This document shows positions 32,878-42,911 of a stretch of 64,000 nt of DNA, in pieces; the stretch's first letter is position 1; every line of letters starts with the position of its first letter. The DNA lies in the NCBI GenBank assembly GCA_965217895.1, contig CBDCJV010000002.1:704001-768000 (forward strand). Reading direction: 5' to 3'. The position numbers and the translations under genes were made by a program. The notes under the pieces are model-generated. The model was not told where the DNA came from. It did not search any database and saw only the letters and a list, made by a program, of their open reading frames with translations. This DNA is from Waterburya sp. GTDB taxonomy: Bacteria; Cyanobacteriota; Cyanobacteriia; Cyanobacteriales; Xenococcaceae.

Positions 32878-33366
32878 ATGTTTCTTTTAACTGCTTGTTT
32901 TGTAGCAGCTTTTATTTTTGCCAGCTTTGTGGAATATTGGCTACATCGCTGGATGCACATAGATCCTCGCTTGGGTAGAGATATTATTCCTCACTACGAA
33001 CATCATCGAGCCAATACGGCTAATGGGGTTTTATTAGAGTTCAAAGACTATGCGATGGTAGTTCCTTTAAGCTTTTTGGTATTTTTTATCTCAGTACCAG
33101 TAGGAATTAGTGCCGTGACAGGCAGTATTGTCTATGCTGCTTTTTCTGCCTACGCTCATCAGCTACAGCATGAATGTCCAACCAAGTGCGTTTGGCTAAA
33201 GATGCCCGTCCATTATGTACATCATAAATATAATCAGTGGGACTGCAATTTTGGCTTGGCAGTAGACTGGTGGGATAAGGTATTTGGTACTTATAAAGCA
33301 ATGGATTGGCTAACGCCAGAAGAATTGGAAAAACCAGCCAAAGGCTATTTACAAATTAAATGGTAG
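32878..33366 (+). CDS. Sterol desaturase/fatty acid hydroxylase family protein
   Basis: His boxes HRWMH, HYEHH, HQLQH, HYVHH; NFG…WWDKVFGT. Confidence 0.88.
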   Translation: MFLLTACFVAAFIFASFVEYWLHRWMHIDPRLGRDIIPHYEHHRANTANGVLLEFKDYAMVVPLSFLVFFISVPVGISAVTGSIVYAAFSAYAHQLQHECPTKCVWLKMPVHYVHHKYNQWDCNFGLAVDWWDKVFGTYKAMDWLTPEELEKPAKGYLQIKW

Positions 33367-33502
33367 TTATTAAATACCTGTAAATTTTCCTTAAATAAAA
33401 ATCATAAGCACGATCCAAAATTTTCTTTTCACAGCTTTTGTAATACGATCGTTTTTGGCAATATAGCAAAAGACTGAGCTGCTAAAACAGCTAAAATTCA
33501 GA

Positions 33503-33820
33503 TTACGGTTGAATTTCAGCTTTCATTCTTTTGAGGGTCACTTCCATCTGGTCAAACATTTGCTGAGGAGTCATGCCAAATTGATTTAGCTGCGTTTTCA
33601 ATTGCTGCACAGTCATCTGTGCCATAAAATCTTCTGATAGCTCAAACCGCTTCATGAAAATGCGATAGCGTTCCATTAACTGCTCCATTTGATCGATAAA
33701 CTTCTTTTTGCCTTCTCGGTCAAACTTGCCGTATTCGCTACCCAATGTCATCAAAGATTGATAGTCCTCAAAAAGCTTTTTAGCTTCTTCTTGTACTACT
33801 TGAGAGTCAAAAAATCCCAT
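33503..33820 (-). CDS. DUF1825 family protein
   Basis: MGFFDSQVVQEEAKKLFEDYQ…YGKFDREGK…FELSEDF. Confidence 0.85.
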   Translation of the reverse strand: MGFFDSQVVQEEAKKLFEDYQSLMTLGSEYGKFDREGKKKFIDQMEQLMERYRIFMKRFELSEDFMAQMTVQQLKTQLNQFGMTPQQMFDQMEVTLKRMKAEIQP

Positions 33821-34070
33821 AATATTTATCTAACCTGAATTTAACTTACATCTCGCTAAGAGAAAAATAAATAAAATATATTTATTGTTTTAAAACTTAT
33901 ATTTCTATTGTAGAGCAGTAAATAAAGACCAGTAAAATACGGTTTCCCGACTGATTGTCAATTTGACCCAAGGAATTTAAGATACAAAAACTATTTTGAC
34001 CTGAGCTATGTTCTTTTGTTTGGCGGGTAGTATGTAGTATTAAGAGGAGCAAGAATTGCGAGTCAGCACT

Positions 34071-34754
34071 ATGATTAAAAAATCAAATATAAAGACAACA
34101 GTTATTGCTACAACGACGGTTACTATCATTATTAATTTTATAGCGGCTGATGTCCTTGCTTCGACCGATGCAGACTACTCTTTTAGGCTCACTTCAGACT
34201 GGCACGACTGTCAGCAAATAGGAACAGCATACCAAGAAGTTTACGCTTTTGAGACGGATAGTTTCTATGTCAATATCTGCCAAAAAGGCAATGCTTATTT
34301 TTACTCAGGGGAAGCCAAACAGAGTGACCATAGCTCTATCTTTATGCCTGCGTATCCCCTAAAGAATGGTCAAGGTTTTCAGGCTGAAAACGGTAATCTA
34401 TCTTATTTGGTCTTGTTACCTTTTAACAAGCAAAATGACGGTAGCCAAGTTCCAACTCGCAAGCCAACAGAAGCTATTTTAACTATCAAGCGTAACGGGC
34501 ATTTGGTGTCGGTGGAATCTTCTTTAAATAAATACTGTCATCAATCAGCAGATAAGATTGCCTTTGATACTATTAAGATTCAGCCACAGAACTCGAATCA
34601 AGTAGCCACAATTTCCAATCAACAAGATTTTAACTTAGATATATCTTTTGCCAACCAAGGAAAACTTTTACCACCAGAAATTTTTCAGTCTAATTCTCGA
34701 TTTGATTTTTATCGCGTCGGCGGGGAATTGCATCGCTTAACCACCTGTAATTAG
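34071..34754 (+). CDS. Secreted hypothetical protein
   Basis: Signal-peptide-like N-terminus; FETDSFYVNICQ motif. Confidence 0.65.
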   Translation: MIKKSNIKTTVIATTTVTIIINFIAADVLASTDADYSFRLTSDWHDCQQIGTAYQEVYAFETDSFYVNICQKGNAYFYSGEAKQSDHSSIFMPAYPLKNGQGFQAENGNLSYLVLLPFNKQNDGSQVPTRKPTEAILTIKRNGHLVSVESSLNKYCHQSADKIAFDTIKIQPQNSNQVATISNQQDFNLDISFANQGKLLPPEIFQSNSRFDFYRVGGELHRLTTCN

Positions 34755-34794
34755 GATTTGAGAACTTTTTCGATTCTTGTGAGTTACAGACTAA

Positions 34795-35457
34795 TCATAA
34801 TAATCCTCGATAGCGAATAAATAGTAAAATTACTGCCCACGAGCCTAATGCTACTTTTACAGCAACTAAAATATTGAGTAAAGGAATAATTCCTCCACTA
34901 AAAAGCGTGCCTAATTCTCCTAGGGGTAATTCTCCTCCAATTAAAGTTACCACCGCTAACGAAATAAAAATTAGCACTGAAAGCTTTTCCCAGGTAGCAG
35001 CATGATACTTTTCATAGATTGCTTCCATTTGTTGAGACGATAAGGTAATGGCAAGCAAACCGATCGCTGTTCCTCCTGCAACCCCCGCAGCAAAACCGCC
35101 ACCAGGACTAAGATGTCCGCGAATTGCTAGTTCAATACTTATTATGGCGGCAATAGTTGCACCCAGACGGGCGAGAATAATGGATGGGCGATCGCTAAAT
35201 TGATAGACTGTTTCGGTAGGTTGTTCGTTTGCTAGCAGAAATTTTACGCCTAAGATGGCGATCGAAAATACTACTACCTCAAAAATTGTGTCATAAAGAC
35301 GATTGCGAAAAATTATGCCTGAAACTGCATTAGGTACGCCAGTATCTTCTACTATTGAACCGACAATGGAAATTTCTTGCCATTGGGCTGTGGGATTGGG
35401 CATAATCAGCATTTTGACGAAGAATGCCAATCCTGCTGCGAGATAAAGCCATTTCAT
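34795..35457 (-). CDS. mrpB: Mrp/Mnh Na+/H+ antiporter subunit B
   Basis: RLYDTIFEVVV, GHLSPGGGFAAG. Confidence 0.88.
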   Translation of the reverse strand: MKWLYLAAGLAFFVKMLIMPNPTAQWQEISIVGSIVEDTGVPNAVSGIIFRNRLYDTIFEVVVFSIAILGVKFLLANEQPTETVYQFSDRPSIILARLGATIAAIISIELAIRGHLSPGGGFAAGVAGGTAIGLLAITLSSQQMEAIYEKYHAATWEKLSVLIFISLAVVTLIGGELPLGELGTLFSGGIIPLLNILVAVKVALGSWAVILLFIRYRGLL

Positions 35458-36002
35458 TGACGATCCTCCTGGTTTACGGTTACGTAAGTCAAAGTAGTCT
35501 CTGACGCGGTTAATTCGGTTTGTATAATTTCAAACAGACGCTGCACTCTGATTGCAGTTTGATACATTGGGCTATTACTTGATGCCGATTTGCTACAGAT
35601 AGCGTGAACTTCTTTAGCCATTAATGCTTGTTCTAAAGCTTTTGAGTTGGAATATTCGACTATTTCAAGACGTAAATGATATTGAGTAATGACTTTTTGA
35701 AGATTGGTTATTAGTTCTGTAAAATAAGTATCTTTGCCTGCCTTCAGATCTGAAAGTACCCCAAGACGCATTACCAAGGAGGAACGAACTGCAACCACAT
35801 AAAGAGTAATTGCCAACATTGTCCCTACTAAAGCTTCAGTTAAAGCCACGTCTGCTGCGCCCAAAACTGCATAGATCAATGCTGCGATCGCACCTAAAAT
35901 GCCTCGGATAACCAAAGCGTGATAAGGGTTGGCTTGAAATACCAATATCAAAGCCGCTAATGGCATTAACGCCACAATGGCATAGATATAATTATCAATC
36001 AT
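35454..36002 (-). CDS. DUF4040 domain Mrp subunit (MrpA/B-related)
   Basis: GAADVALTEALVG motif within the mrp operon. Confidence 0.85.
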   Translation of the reverse strand: MIDNYIYAIVALMPLAALILVFQANPYHALVIRGILGAIAALIYAVLGAADVALTEALVGTMLAITLYVVAVRSSLVMRLGVLSDLKAGKDTYFTELITNLQKVITQYHLRLEIVEYSNSKALEQALMAKEVHAICSKSASSNSPMYQTAIRVQRLFEIIQTELTASETTLTYVTVNQEDRQ

Positions 36003-36273
36003 TGTTTTCCCCGCTACTAGAACAATACGCTAAAACATAGCCCAGCACTGTATTCCAAATTGCTAAGGAAATAATTGCCAAGAGCAACAACGACCATTCA
36101 CTGGGTATCTTAAGTAGTAACCCGAAAATAATAGTCATAGAACCAAGAGTATCGGCGACAGAAAGACTATGAAGCTTAAATAGTACTGATCTGTTGCTAA
36201 TTAAGGGTAATGTTCCCCAAAACCAAAAGATAATGCCGATAATCATCAGACTGTAACTTAAAATTTCAATCAT
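35995..36273 (-). CDS. mrpG: Mrp antiporter subunit G
   Basis: KLHSLSVADTLG motif; operon context. Confidence 0.85.
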   Translation of the reverse strand: MIEILSYSLMIIGIIFWFWGTLPLISNRSVLFKLHSLSVADTLGSMTIIFGLLLKIPSEWSLLLLAIISLAIWNTVLGYVLAYCSSSGENND

Positions 36274-36312
36274 AAATAACGCCTAATGTATGTTAGCTTT
36301 GTTTAAAATTTA

Positions 36313-36570
36313 CTAGTTCGTAACTTCGTTTAACCGTTTCATTAAATGCGCCAAGAGCATCAAGCCCGCATTGCCTACACTTAAAATGAGGACGGCAACG
36401 ACTCCAATTGACCAATCATCCCGTAAAACAGAGATAAATAGCATCATAATTGCGGTTTTTGTGGCAATACTGGCAAATGCCAGCATTTTTTGCCAAATAT
36501 CGTCATCCTGGCAAGCTTCGTAGATTGGGATTAATAAAGCTAAAATCATCGCTATCAAAATTGAATCCAT
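36313..36570 (-). CDS. mrpF: Mrp antiporter subunit F-like
   Basis: 85-aa hydrophobic protein located between mrpE and mrpG. Confidence 0.7.
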   Translation of the reverse strand: MDSILIAMILALLIPIYEACQDDDIWQKMLAFASIATKTAIMMLFISVLRDDWSIGVVAVLILSVGNAGLMLLAHLMKRLNEVTN

Positions 36571-36594
36571 TGTTTCATTTATCAGTTATTAAAG

Positions 36595-37008
36595 TTAATC
36601 TCTATTTACTTCTGCACTCCTTACCTTCGGTTTAACTCGATGCACCTCATACCAGCCAGCTTTATCATATTTAACAACAATAGTTTTAGGGGTAAAGGTA
36701 ATCAAAAATATATCGAGAAATATTAGTCCTGGTGTCCGTCGAGATTTAACTCTTTTCCTGACTATATCCTCTTCATTGTGGGGTCGAAGCATAATTTGGA
36801 TCGCCTCAATATAAGCTTGAGGAATAGCAACGACAACTTCCCACAACACCCGTAGCCAATCATTTAACGCTTCTGGAGATGTATAGCTACGTGGCAATAG
36901 CAGCGCGATCGCCACGCCGATAATAATATTAGCCAAACTATAATCGGCAGTGAGTAAAAACCAAATTGTTAGTCGTAGTATTATATTAAGAATGGCGATC
37001 GCCTCCAT
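36595..37008 (-). CDS. mrpE: Mrp antiporter subunit E
   Basis: IWFLLT…ITFTPKT motif. Confidence 0.82.
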   Translation of the reverse strand: MEAIAILNIILRLTIWFLLTADYSLANIIIGVAIALLLPRSYTSPEALNDWLRVLWEVVVAIPQAYIEAIQIMLRPHNEEDIVRKRVKSRRTPGLIFLDIFLITFTPKTIVVKYDKAGWYEVHRVKPKVRSAEVNRD

Positions 37009-38465
37009 ACTATCCAGAAAAGTAAAACTAACGTTAGTGCCATGAACCCCATCAAATGGTCGAATTGCTCAAAATCACGGGGTATTTTGATTACTAGTTT
37101 TTTGAAGATTAAAAAATAAGCCAACCAACCTAAAGCAATAGTGGTTAAAGGTTTAATTGTATTTTGTAAGCTATAGGCTTGATAGTAAAAAACATTGGCA
37201 CCAATTAATCCCCCTAGTAAAACTATCATCGCCCACCAAAACCCAGGTTGGATCTTCTTCTGCGCCCGTTCATGTCCCCCAGCCTCTCCGTTTTCTAGTT
37301 GCCTTCCGTGTGGCAGAAAAATAAATTTAGCAAAGGAAATTGCCGTTCCCAGTGCAGCAAGATTCATGCCAATCACCTGCCAGGGTAAGAGATTTTTGCT
37401 AGTTAAGACTTTTGCCCCAAAACCAGACAGTAAAGGAAATCCAGAAATTGAAAAACTAGCGATCGCTAAAGCCAGCCAAATCTTATTGTCGATAGGTTGC
37501 TGTTGCAGTTGTTTAAAGTTGCGACTAGGTAAAACCCCCGCAATTAAAAACAATGCAGACTTGACTAAACCGTGAGTTAAGGCATAAAAACCACCTACAA
37601 CTGGCGCAGCAAGGACAAAACCTAACTGAGAAATAGTGTGAAACGCTAACATCCGCTTGGTATCTTTTTCCAAAACTGCAAAACCTACTCCTAAAAGTGC
37701 TGTAGCCACGCCAAAAAACCTGACAATAGGATCGATTTCTGCCAACAGCAGCGCGCAACGTACTAAGGGGAAGACACCCGCTTTAACTACTACTCCCGAA
37801 AGCATTGCCGAGACAGGACTTTCTGATTCGGAATGAGTTAAGGGCAACCACAAGCCTGAAACAAAAATACCGCCTTTAACTAATAGTCCGAGAAAAATTA
37901 GCGCAACTGCTTCTGGGGGAGAACCACGCAAACCTGCATAATTAAAAGAATGATGTGCCTGATATATCAGCACTGCCCCCACCAAATAAAACAGCATGGC
38001 TACATTGCTGACGAAAAGATAGCGCAATCCTACCCAAATCGATCTGTCAGTGCGAGGATAAGCAATTAGCAGAAAGGATGCAATACTAATTACTTCTAGT
38101 GCCACATATAAACTAATAAAATCGGCACAGATAAAAGTAGCGTTAACGCTGCCATGCAGAATAACTAGCTGCGTATAGAAGAATGCCGTTTTACTGCTTT
38201 GCCAACAGTAAAGAATAACTGCTGCTGTCACCAGTGCATTAGTTAAAATAAAAAAACCGCTTAATCGATCGACGATTAAAGTAACGCCAAAATTATTTAG
38301 TAACTGTATATTTAAAGGCGAGCCGAGCAAAAATATCACCACGGCGTAAGCAGTCGAAACTAGAGCAATTCCTAATGCTAAAAACCGATCCAGTCTAGGA
38401 AATAGATAAATAGCAAAGCCGATAAAAAATGGTAAAGCTAGCCAGGCGATCATTATGTCGCTCAT
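36981..38465 (-). CDS. mrpD: Mrp antiporter subunit D
   Basis: LYVALE, WLPLTHSE, SAMLSGVVVK, KRMLAFHTISQLG. Confidence 0.9.
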   Translation of the reverse strand: MSDIMIAWLALPFFIGFAIYLFPRLDRFLALGIALVSTAYAVVIFLLGSPLNIQLLNNFGVTLIVDRLSGFFILTNALVTAAVILYCWQSSKTAFFYTQLVILHGSVNATFICADFISLYVALEVISIASFLLIAYPRTDRSIWVGLRYLFVSNVAMLFYLVGAVLIYQAHHSFNYAGLRGSPPEAVALIFLGLLVKGGIFVSGLWLPLTHSESESPVSAMLSGVVVKAGVFPLVRCALLLAEIDPIVRFFGVATALLGVGFAVLEKDTKRMLAFHTISQLGFVLAAPVVGGFYALTHGLVKSALFLIAGVLPSRNFKQLQQQPIDNKIWLALAIASFSISGFPLLSGFGAKVLTSKNLLPWQVIGMNLAALGTAISFAKFIFLPHGRQLENGEAGGHERAQKKIQPGFWWAMIVLLGGLIGANVFYYQAYSLQNTIKPLTTIALGWLAYFLIFKKLVIKIPRDFEQFDHLMGFMALTLVLLFWIVWRRSPFLI

Positions 38466-38797
38466 GGCGTATTATTCTCTTCGATCGCACTAGTTTCTAG
38501 AGTCGGATTATCTTTTGCCAACTTCATTACTCCCACCAGCATTAAAGCCTGAATCGAAAAGCCAATCACAATTGCCGTTAAAATAACCGCCTGGGGAACA
38601 GGATCGGCATAAGCAATATTATTTTTATTGCTCACGATGGGCGTAAACAAACCATCCCTTGATGCTACAAGCACATAATAGGCAATGACCCCCGTACTCA
38701 TAATGTCCATCGAGATGATTTTCATAACTAGACTTTGTTTAAAGATAATGCCAAAAAATCCACATAACATAGTGGCTAAAATACAAGCTTCTAACAT
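38462..38797 (-). CDS. mrpC: Mrp antiporter subunit C
   Basis: DPVPQAVILTAIVIG. Confidence 0.92.
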   Translation of the reverse strand: MLEACILATMLCGFFGIIFKQSLVMKIISMDIMSTGVIAYYVLVASRDGLFTPIVSNKNNIAYADPVPQAVILTAIVIGFSIQALMLVGVMKLAKDNPTLETSAIEENNTP

Positions 38798-38827
38798 TTT
38801 CCCATCACCAATAAAAAACGATTAATA

Positions 38828-39040
38828 TCAAACGGCATTTTTAATTAAAAATAACATCGGTAAAGTCAAGGCAATACGAAAGACAAATCTAGAGGCAAAT
38901 TTCAATGCTTTTTGATTAGAGGTATCTATGTTTTTGGAACTAAATTCGCTTATGTTGGGCAACAAAAAAACCGCTGCAAAAACATAGACAGTAAAACAAA
39001 ACCAAACTAAGGTATTTCGATCTGAAACTAAATAATTCAT
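38828..39040 (-). CDS. Small membrane hypothetical protein
   Basis: 70 aa, two hydrophobic segments, co-oriented upstream of mrpC. Confidence 0.4.
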   Translation of the reverse strand: MNYLVSDRNTLVWFCFTVYVFAAVFLLPNISEFSSKNIDTSNQKALKFASRFVFRIALTLPMLFLIKNAV

Positions 39041-39279
39041 AATGCCTGTTAAAATTTATAGATTAAAATCTATTAAAAACAAAATCTCATAGTAAATATA
39101 CTATACATATCGGTAGAAAAATACAACCATAGTTATATTTGAGTTGTTAATTTTTTAGTTGATAATTTCCTTATGCGAAACGGTATCCGTGATAGACATC
39201 TTTAAAAGTTAGTCTAATGTAGATAGAGAGATAGCAAATTAGCTATACTCCTCATTCCTCATCCCTCATCTCTTAAACT

Positions 39280-40263
39280 GTGTCTATTATTGCCGTCGAA
39301 AACCTCAGTAAAATATACCCTGTAGCGATAAAAAAGCCAGGACTCAAGGGAACTTTAACCCACTTTTTTCGCCGTACCTATCGCCAAATCAAAGCCGTAC
39401 AAAATGTATCTTTCCAGATTCAGCCAGGGGAAGTGGTCGGATTTTTGGGTGCTAATGGTGCAGGCAAAACTACCACTTTAAAGATGCTGACGGGTTTAAT
39501 TCACCCTTCTGAGGGGGAGGTAATTGTAGCAGATCATATTCCTTTTCGCCGTCAGCCTGAATTTTTACACAAAACCAGCCTAGTAATGGGACAAAAGCAG
39601 CAACTACTTTGGGACTTACCTGCTTTGGATTCTTTACGCATCAATGCTGCTGTTTACAATATTCCCGACAAGATTTTTAAACAGCGTCTGGGTGAATTGG
39701 CAACTATGTTAGACGTTACTGATAAGCTCAATCAGCCAGTGCGAAAGCTTTCTTTAGGAGAAAGAATGAAGGCTGAGTTGTTAGCTGCTTTGCTACATCA
39801 TCCCCAGGTATTGTTTCTCGATGAGCCGACTTTGGGTTTAGACGTTAATGCTCAAGCAGCAGTCAGAAAATTTCTGCAAGAATATAATCAACGCTATGGA
39901 GCAACAATTTTGCTGACTAGCCACTACATGGCAGATATTACGGCATTGTGCGATCGCGTTTTGTTAATTCATCAAGGACAATTGATCTACGACGGCTTAC
40001 TTGATGGTTTACTTGATCGTTTTGCTCCTTATCGTCAGGTAAAAGTGGTATTGGCACAGCCAGTCTCAAAGACAAAATTAAAGGAATTTGGCGAGATTGA
40101 ATCTATTCAAGGACAAGAAGTCAAATTTTTAATCCCTAGAGAAAAACTAACCTCCACTATTTCGCGGATTTTGGCTCAATTACAAATACAAGATTTAAAT
40201 GTCAACGATCCACCAGTTGAAGAAATTATTGGTCGTTTATTTCAAGCAGGAAAAGTTGCTTGA
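39280..40263 (+). CDS. ABC-2 type transporter ATP-binding protein
   Basis: GANGAGKTT, LSLGE, FLDEPT, TSH. Confidence 0.9.
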   Translation: MSIIAVENLSKIYPVAIKKPGLKGTLTHFFRRTYRQIKAVQNVSFQIQPGEVVGFLGANGAGKTTTLKMLTGLIHPSEGEVIVADHIPFRRQPEFLHKTSLVMGQKQQLLWDLPALDSLRINAAVYNIPDKIFKQRLGELATMLDVTDKLNQPVRKLSLGERMKAELLAALLHHPQVLFLDEPTLGLDVNAQAAVRKFLQEYNQRYGATILLTSHYMADITALCDRVLLIHQGQLIYDGLLDGLLDRFAPYRQVKVVLAQPVSKTKLKEFGEIESIQGQEVKFLIPREKLTSTISRILAQLQIQDLNVNDPPVEEIIGRLFQAGKVA

Positions 40264-40403
40264 CTTTTTACTTATTTACCGCCCGATCAATAGCTTAAAC
40301 CAAAAAAATGTAGTTGATTAAGTTCAGGTTTAATTTTAGAATTAACTCTTCTCATCTCAGCTTAAATCTTACACTTTCTTACTCACCATCAAATTTTGGC
40401 AAT

Positions 40404-41324
40404 ATGAAAAAGCTTAAAGGAAGAGATCTGCTTGGCACTGCCGATTTAAACGCCGAAGAAACTCTGAGTCTATTAGAATTAGCTCGTAAACTAAAAAATC
40501 AAGAACTAGTTATTCAATGCAATAAAGTTTTGGGCTTACTATTTTATAAAGCCTCAACCCGTACCAGAGTATCTTTTAGCGTGGCAATGTATCAGCTAGG
40601 GGGACAGGTAATCGATCTTAATCCTAGCTTGACTCAAGTTGGTCGTGGTGAACCAATTGAAGACACTGCTAGGGTATTAGACCGCTACCTTGATATCTTG
40701 GCTATACGTACCTTTGCTCAAGCAGATCTCCAAACCTTTGCTAATTATGCTCAAATTCCGATTATCAATGCTTTGACTGATTTAGAGCATCCCTGTCAGA
40801 TTTTGGCTGATTTATTAACGGTACAAGAGTGCTTTGGCTCATTGGCAGGCAAAACCCTAACTTATTTAGGAGATGGGAATAATATGGCTAACTCTCTGCT
40901 GCTAGGAGGTGCTTTGACTGGTCTAAATATCAGGGTTGCTGCTCCTCAAGGTTATGAACCAGACCCCGATATTGTGCAGCGCGCTCAAAAAATTGCTGCG
41001 GGTAAGTCTGAGATTGTTGTTACCCAAGACCCTATTGCTGCCGTAGAAGGAGCGCAGGTAGTTTATACAGATGTTTGGGCAAGTATGGGACAAGAAGACT
41101 CAGCAAATCAAAGGATTCCAGTTTTTCAACCCTATCAAGTAAACCAGCAGCTTATTAATCATGCCGATCCCCAGGCTATTATTCTGCACTGCTTACCTGC
41201 TCATCGAGGAGAAGAAATTACCACTGAGGCAATCGAGAGTGAGCGATCGCGTGTATGGGATCAGGCAGAAAATAGAATGCACGCCCAAAAAGCCTTATTG
41301 GCTAGCTTATTAGGTTGGCAATAG
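40404..41324 (+). CDS. argF: Ornithine carbamoyltransferase
   Basis: STRTR, HPCQ, DVWASMG, HCLP; ATG at 40404. Confidence 0.95.
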   Translation: MKKLKGRDLLGTADLNAEETLSLLELARKLKNQELVIQCNKVLGLLFYKASTRTRVSFSVAMYQLGGQVIDLNPSLTQVGRGEPIEDTARVLDRYLDILAIRTFAQADLQTFANYAQIPIINALTDLEHPCQILADLLTVQECFGSLAGKTLTYLGDGNNMANSLLLGGALTGLNIRVAAPQGYEPDPDIVQRAQKIAAGKSEIVVTQDPIAAVEGAQVVYTDVWASMGQEDSANQRIPVFQPYQVNQQLINHADPQAIILHCLPAHRGEEITTEAIESERSRVWDQAENRMHAQKALLASLLGWQ

Positions 41325-41384
41325 TTAGAAAATAAGAAGGATAAAGGAAATACTTTTATTCCTCATCCTTTATCCCTTCAAAAG

Positions 41385-42224
41385 CTACTGTGGATCGCCT
41401 AAATTAAACAAGAAGGGAATACCGCCTTGAGAATCACCACTGGTAACCAATACTCTAGGCATCTGCGCCCCACCTTCTCGCCAGGCTTCGATCGCTTCTT
41501 TTTTTAATACAAGTTCACCACCCTGAGCTTTAAGTGTTTCTGCTAATAGTCTTTGGGCTTCGGCTTTACCTTTGGCACGGTTGATATCTGCCTGAGCCTG
41601 CTGCTCTGCCTCTCTAGCTACGTATACTGCTCTTTGGGATTTTTGTTCGGCAATTTGCTTCTCTTCAACTGCTCTAGCAAATTCAGGAGAGAAATTAAGG
41701 TCAACGACGCTGGTATCTAAGATAATAATGCCGTATTTGTCCAAACGCTCTCCCAGAGCATCGTCAAAGTCTTGTTTTAATTCATTCCTCTTCGTAATTG
41801 CTTCTTCAACCGTTCTTCTGGCTGCTGCGATTTTAAATGATTCTTGGGTTTGAGGAGCAATAATTTTTGAGACAATATTTTGCAATGTTCCCTGTTTTCT
41901 TCTAATTTCGACTACTTGAATTGGATCGAGACGGAAGTTAATTGCAAAGCTAGCTTTAAGATCCTGTAAATCTTTAGTAGAGCTTTCGGCAGGTACTTCA
42001 AATTTTTGTACTGTTAAATCATAAATATCTACATTAGATACTAACGGCGGACGAAAATGGAGTCCTTCAAGCAATACGCCGTCCTGGGCTTTACCTAAAA
42101 TACTTAAAACCCCAGCCTGACCAGGATTAAGAATGACAAATGAATTGAAAGCAAGCAAAGCTACTAAAGCAGCAACGATACCACCCAGCAAAGGCTGCCA
42201 ACTATTAGATGACTGAGTATTCAA
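41385..42224 (-). CDS. Prohibitin/SPFH (band 7) family protein
   Basis: EGLHF, STKDLQ, FSPEFARAVEEKQIAEQ. Confidence 0.9.
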   Translation of the reverse strand: MNTQSSNSWQPLLGGIVAALVALLAFNSFVILNPGQAGVLSILGKAQDGVLLEGLHFRPPLVSNVDIYDLTVQKFEVPAESSTKDLQDLKASFAINFRLDPIQVVEIRRKQGTLQNIVSKIIAPQTQESFKIAAARRTVEEAITKRNELKQDFDDALGERLDKYGIIILDTSVVDLNFSPEFARAVEEKQIAEQKSQRAVYVAREAEQQAQADINRAKGKAEAQRLLAETLKAQGGELVLKKEAIEAWREGGAQMPRVLVTSGDSQGGIPFLFNLGDPQ

Positions 42225-42360
42225 ACTACTATCTCCTCTGTTATATATAAAATAAATTTGCGATCGGTATTTGAAAGTCTACCGTATTTAAGGGTTTAGC
42301 AGTAGTTAAGTGTATTCAGAGATTGCTATCAAATCGATTAACGCCTTATAAATTAACGAG

Positions 42361-42633
42361 TTATTCAACTACTACGCACCATTCATGAAGCTCAAAGTCT
42401 ACACAGTTGTTAGCAATCAAGGGATCTTGAGCAACTATAGTTTGTGCTTCTTGGAGAGAACTTGCTTCAAAAATCAGCATTCCTCCTCCTAATCCCTTCC
42501 AATAGCCAGTTCTAGCTTTGTGTCCTTGAGCAATAAGTTGGCGTACATATTTTTTGTGCGCAGGAACGTATTGATCGAAAGCAATTTTGTTGACTATTCC
42601 TTTTTCTATTTTGACGAAAGTAAGCATAAGCAA
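42361..42633 (-). CDS. YciI family protein
   Basis: VPAH, GGGMLIFEA, DPLI…W. Confidence 0.8.
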   Translation of the reverse strand: MLMLTFVKIEKGIVNKIAFDQYVPAHKKYVRQLIAQGHKARTGYWKGLGGGMLIFEASSLQEAQTIVAQDPLIANNCVDFELHEWCVVVE

Positions 42634-42690
42634 AAATTAGATTTATTGTAAACAAGATAACAGTACTAAATATTACAATAACGTTATATT

Positions 42691-42876
42691 TATAGCGGTT
42701 TTTAAATTAGTCAGATATAAATTGAATTATTTTAAGGCAAAAGTTAAATTTATCTTAACAAATCAAGAAACGCTTTATAGCGTTTCTCAGTTTACTGAAG
42801 TACATCTAACTTCTGCTTTCTGCCTTCTGCCTTAAAGCGATTTACTTTGTACCTGACTAATTTGAGAACCGCTATA
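42691..42876. mobile_element. MITE with ~31-bp terminal inverted repeats and TA-rich ends
   Basis: tatagcggtttttaaattagtcagatataaa vs reverse complement of tttgtacctgactaatttgagaaccgctata; an internal third end at ~42776. Confidence 0.75.
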
Positions 42877-42911
42877 TTTCAGCTAATTAAGCATTTTCAT
42901 TATTAAAATAA

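Noticed and set aside
39280..40263. ABC ATPase without adjacent permeases as a novel system
   Set aside because: Scattered ABC components are common in cyanobacterial genomes.
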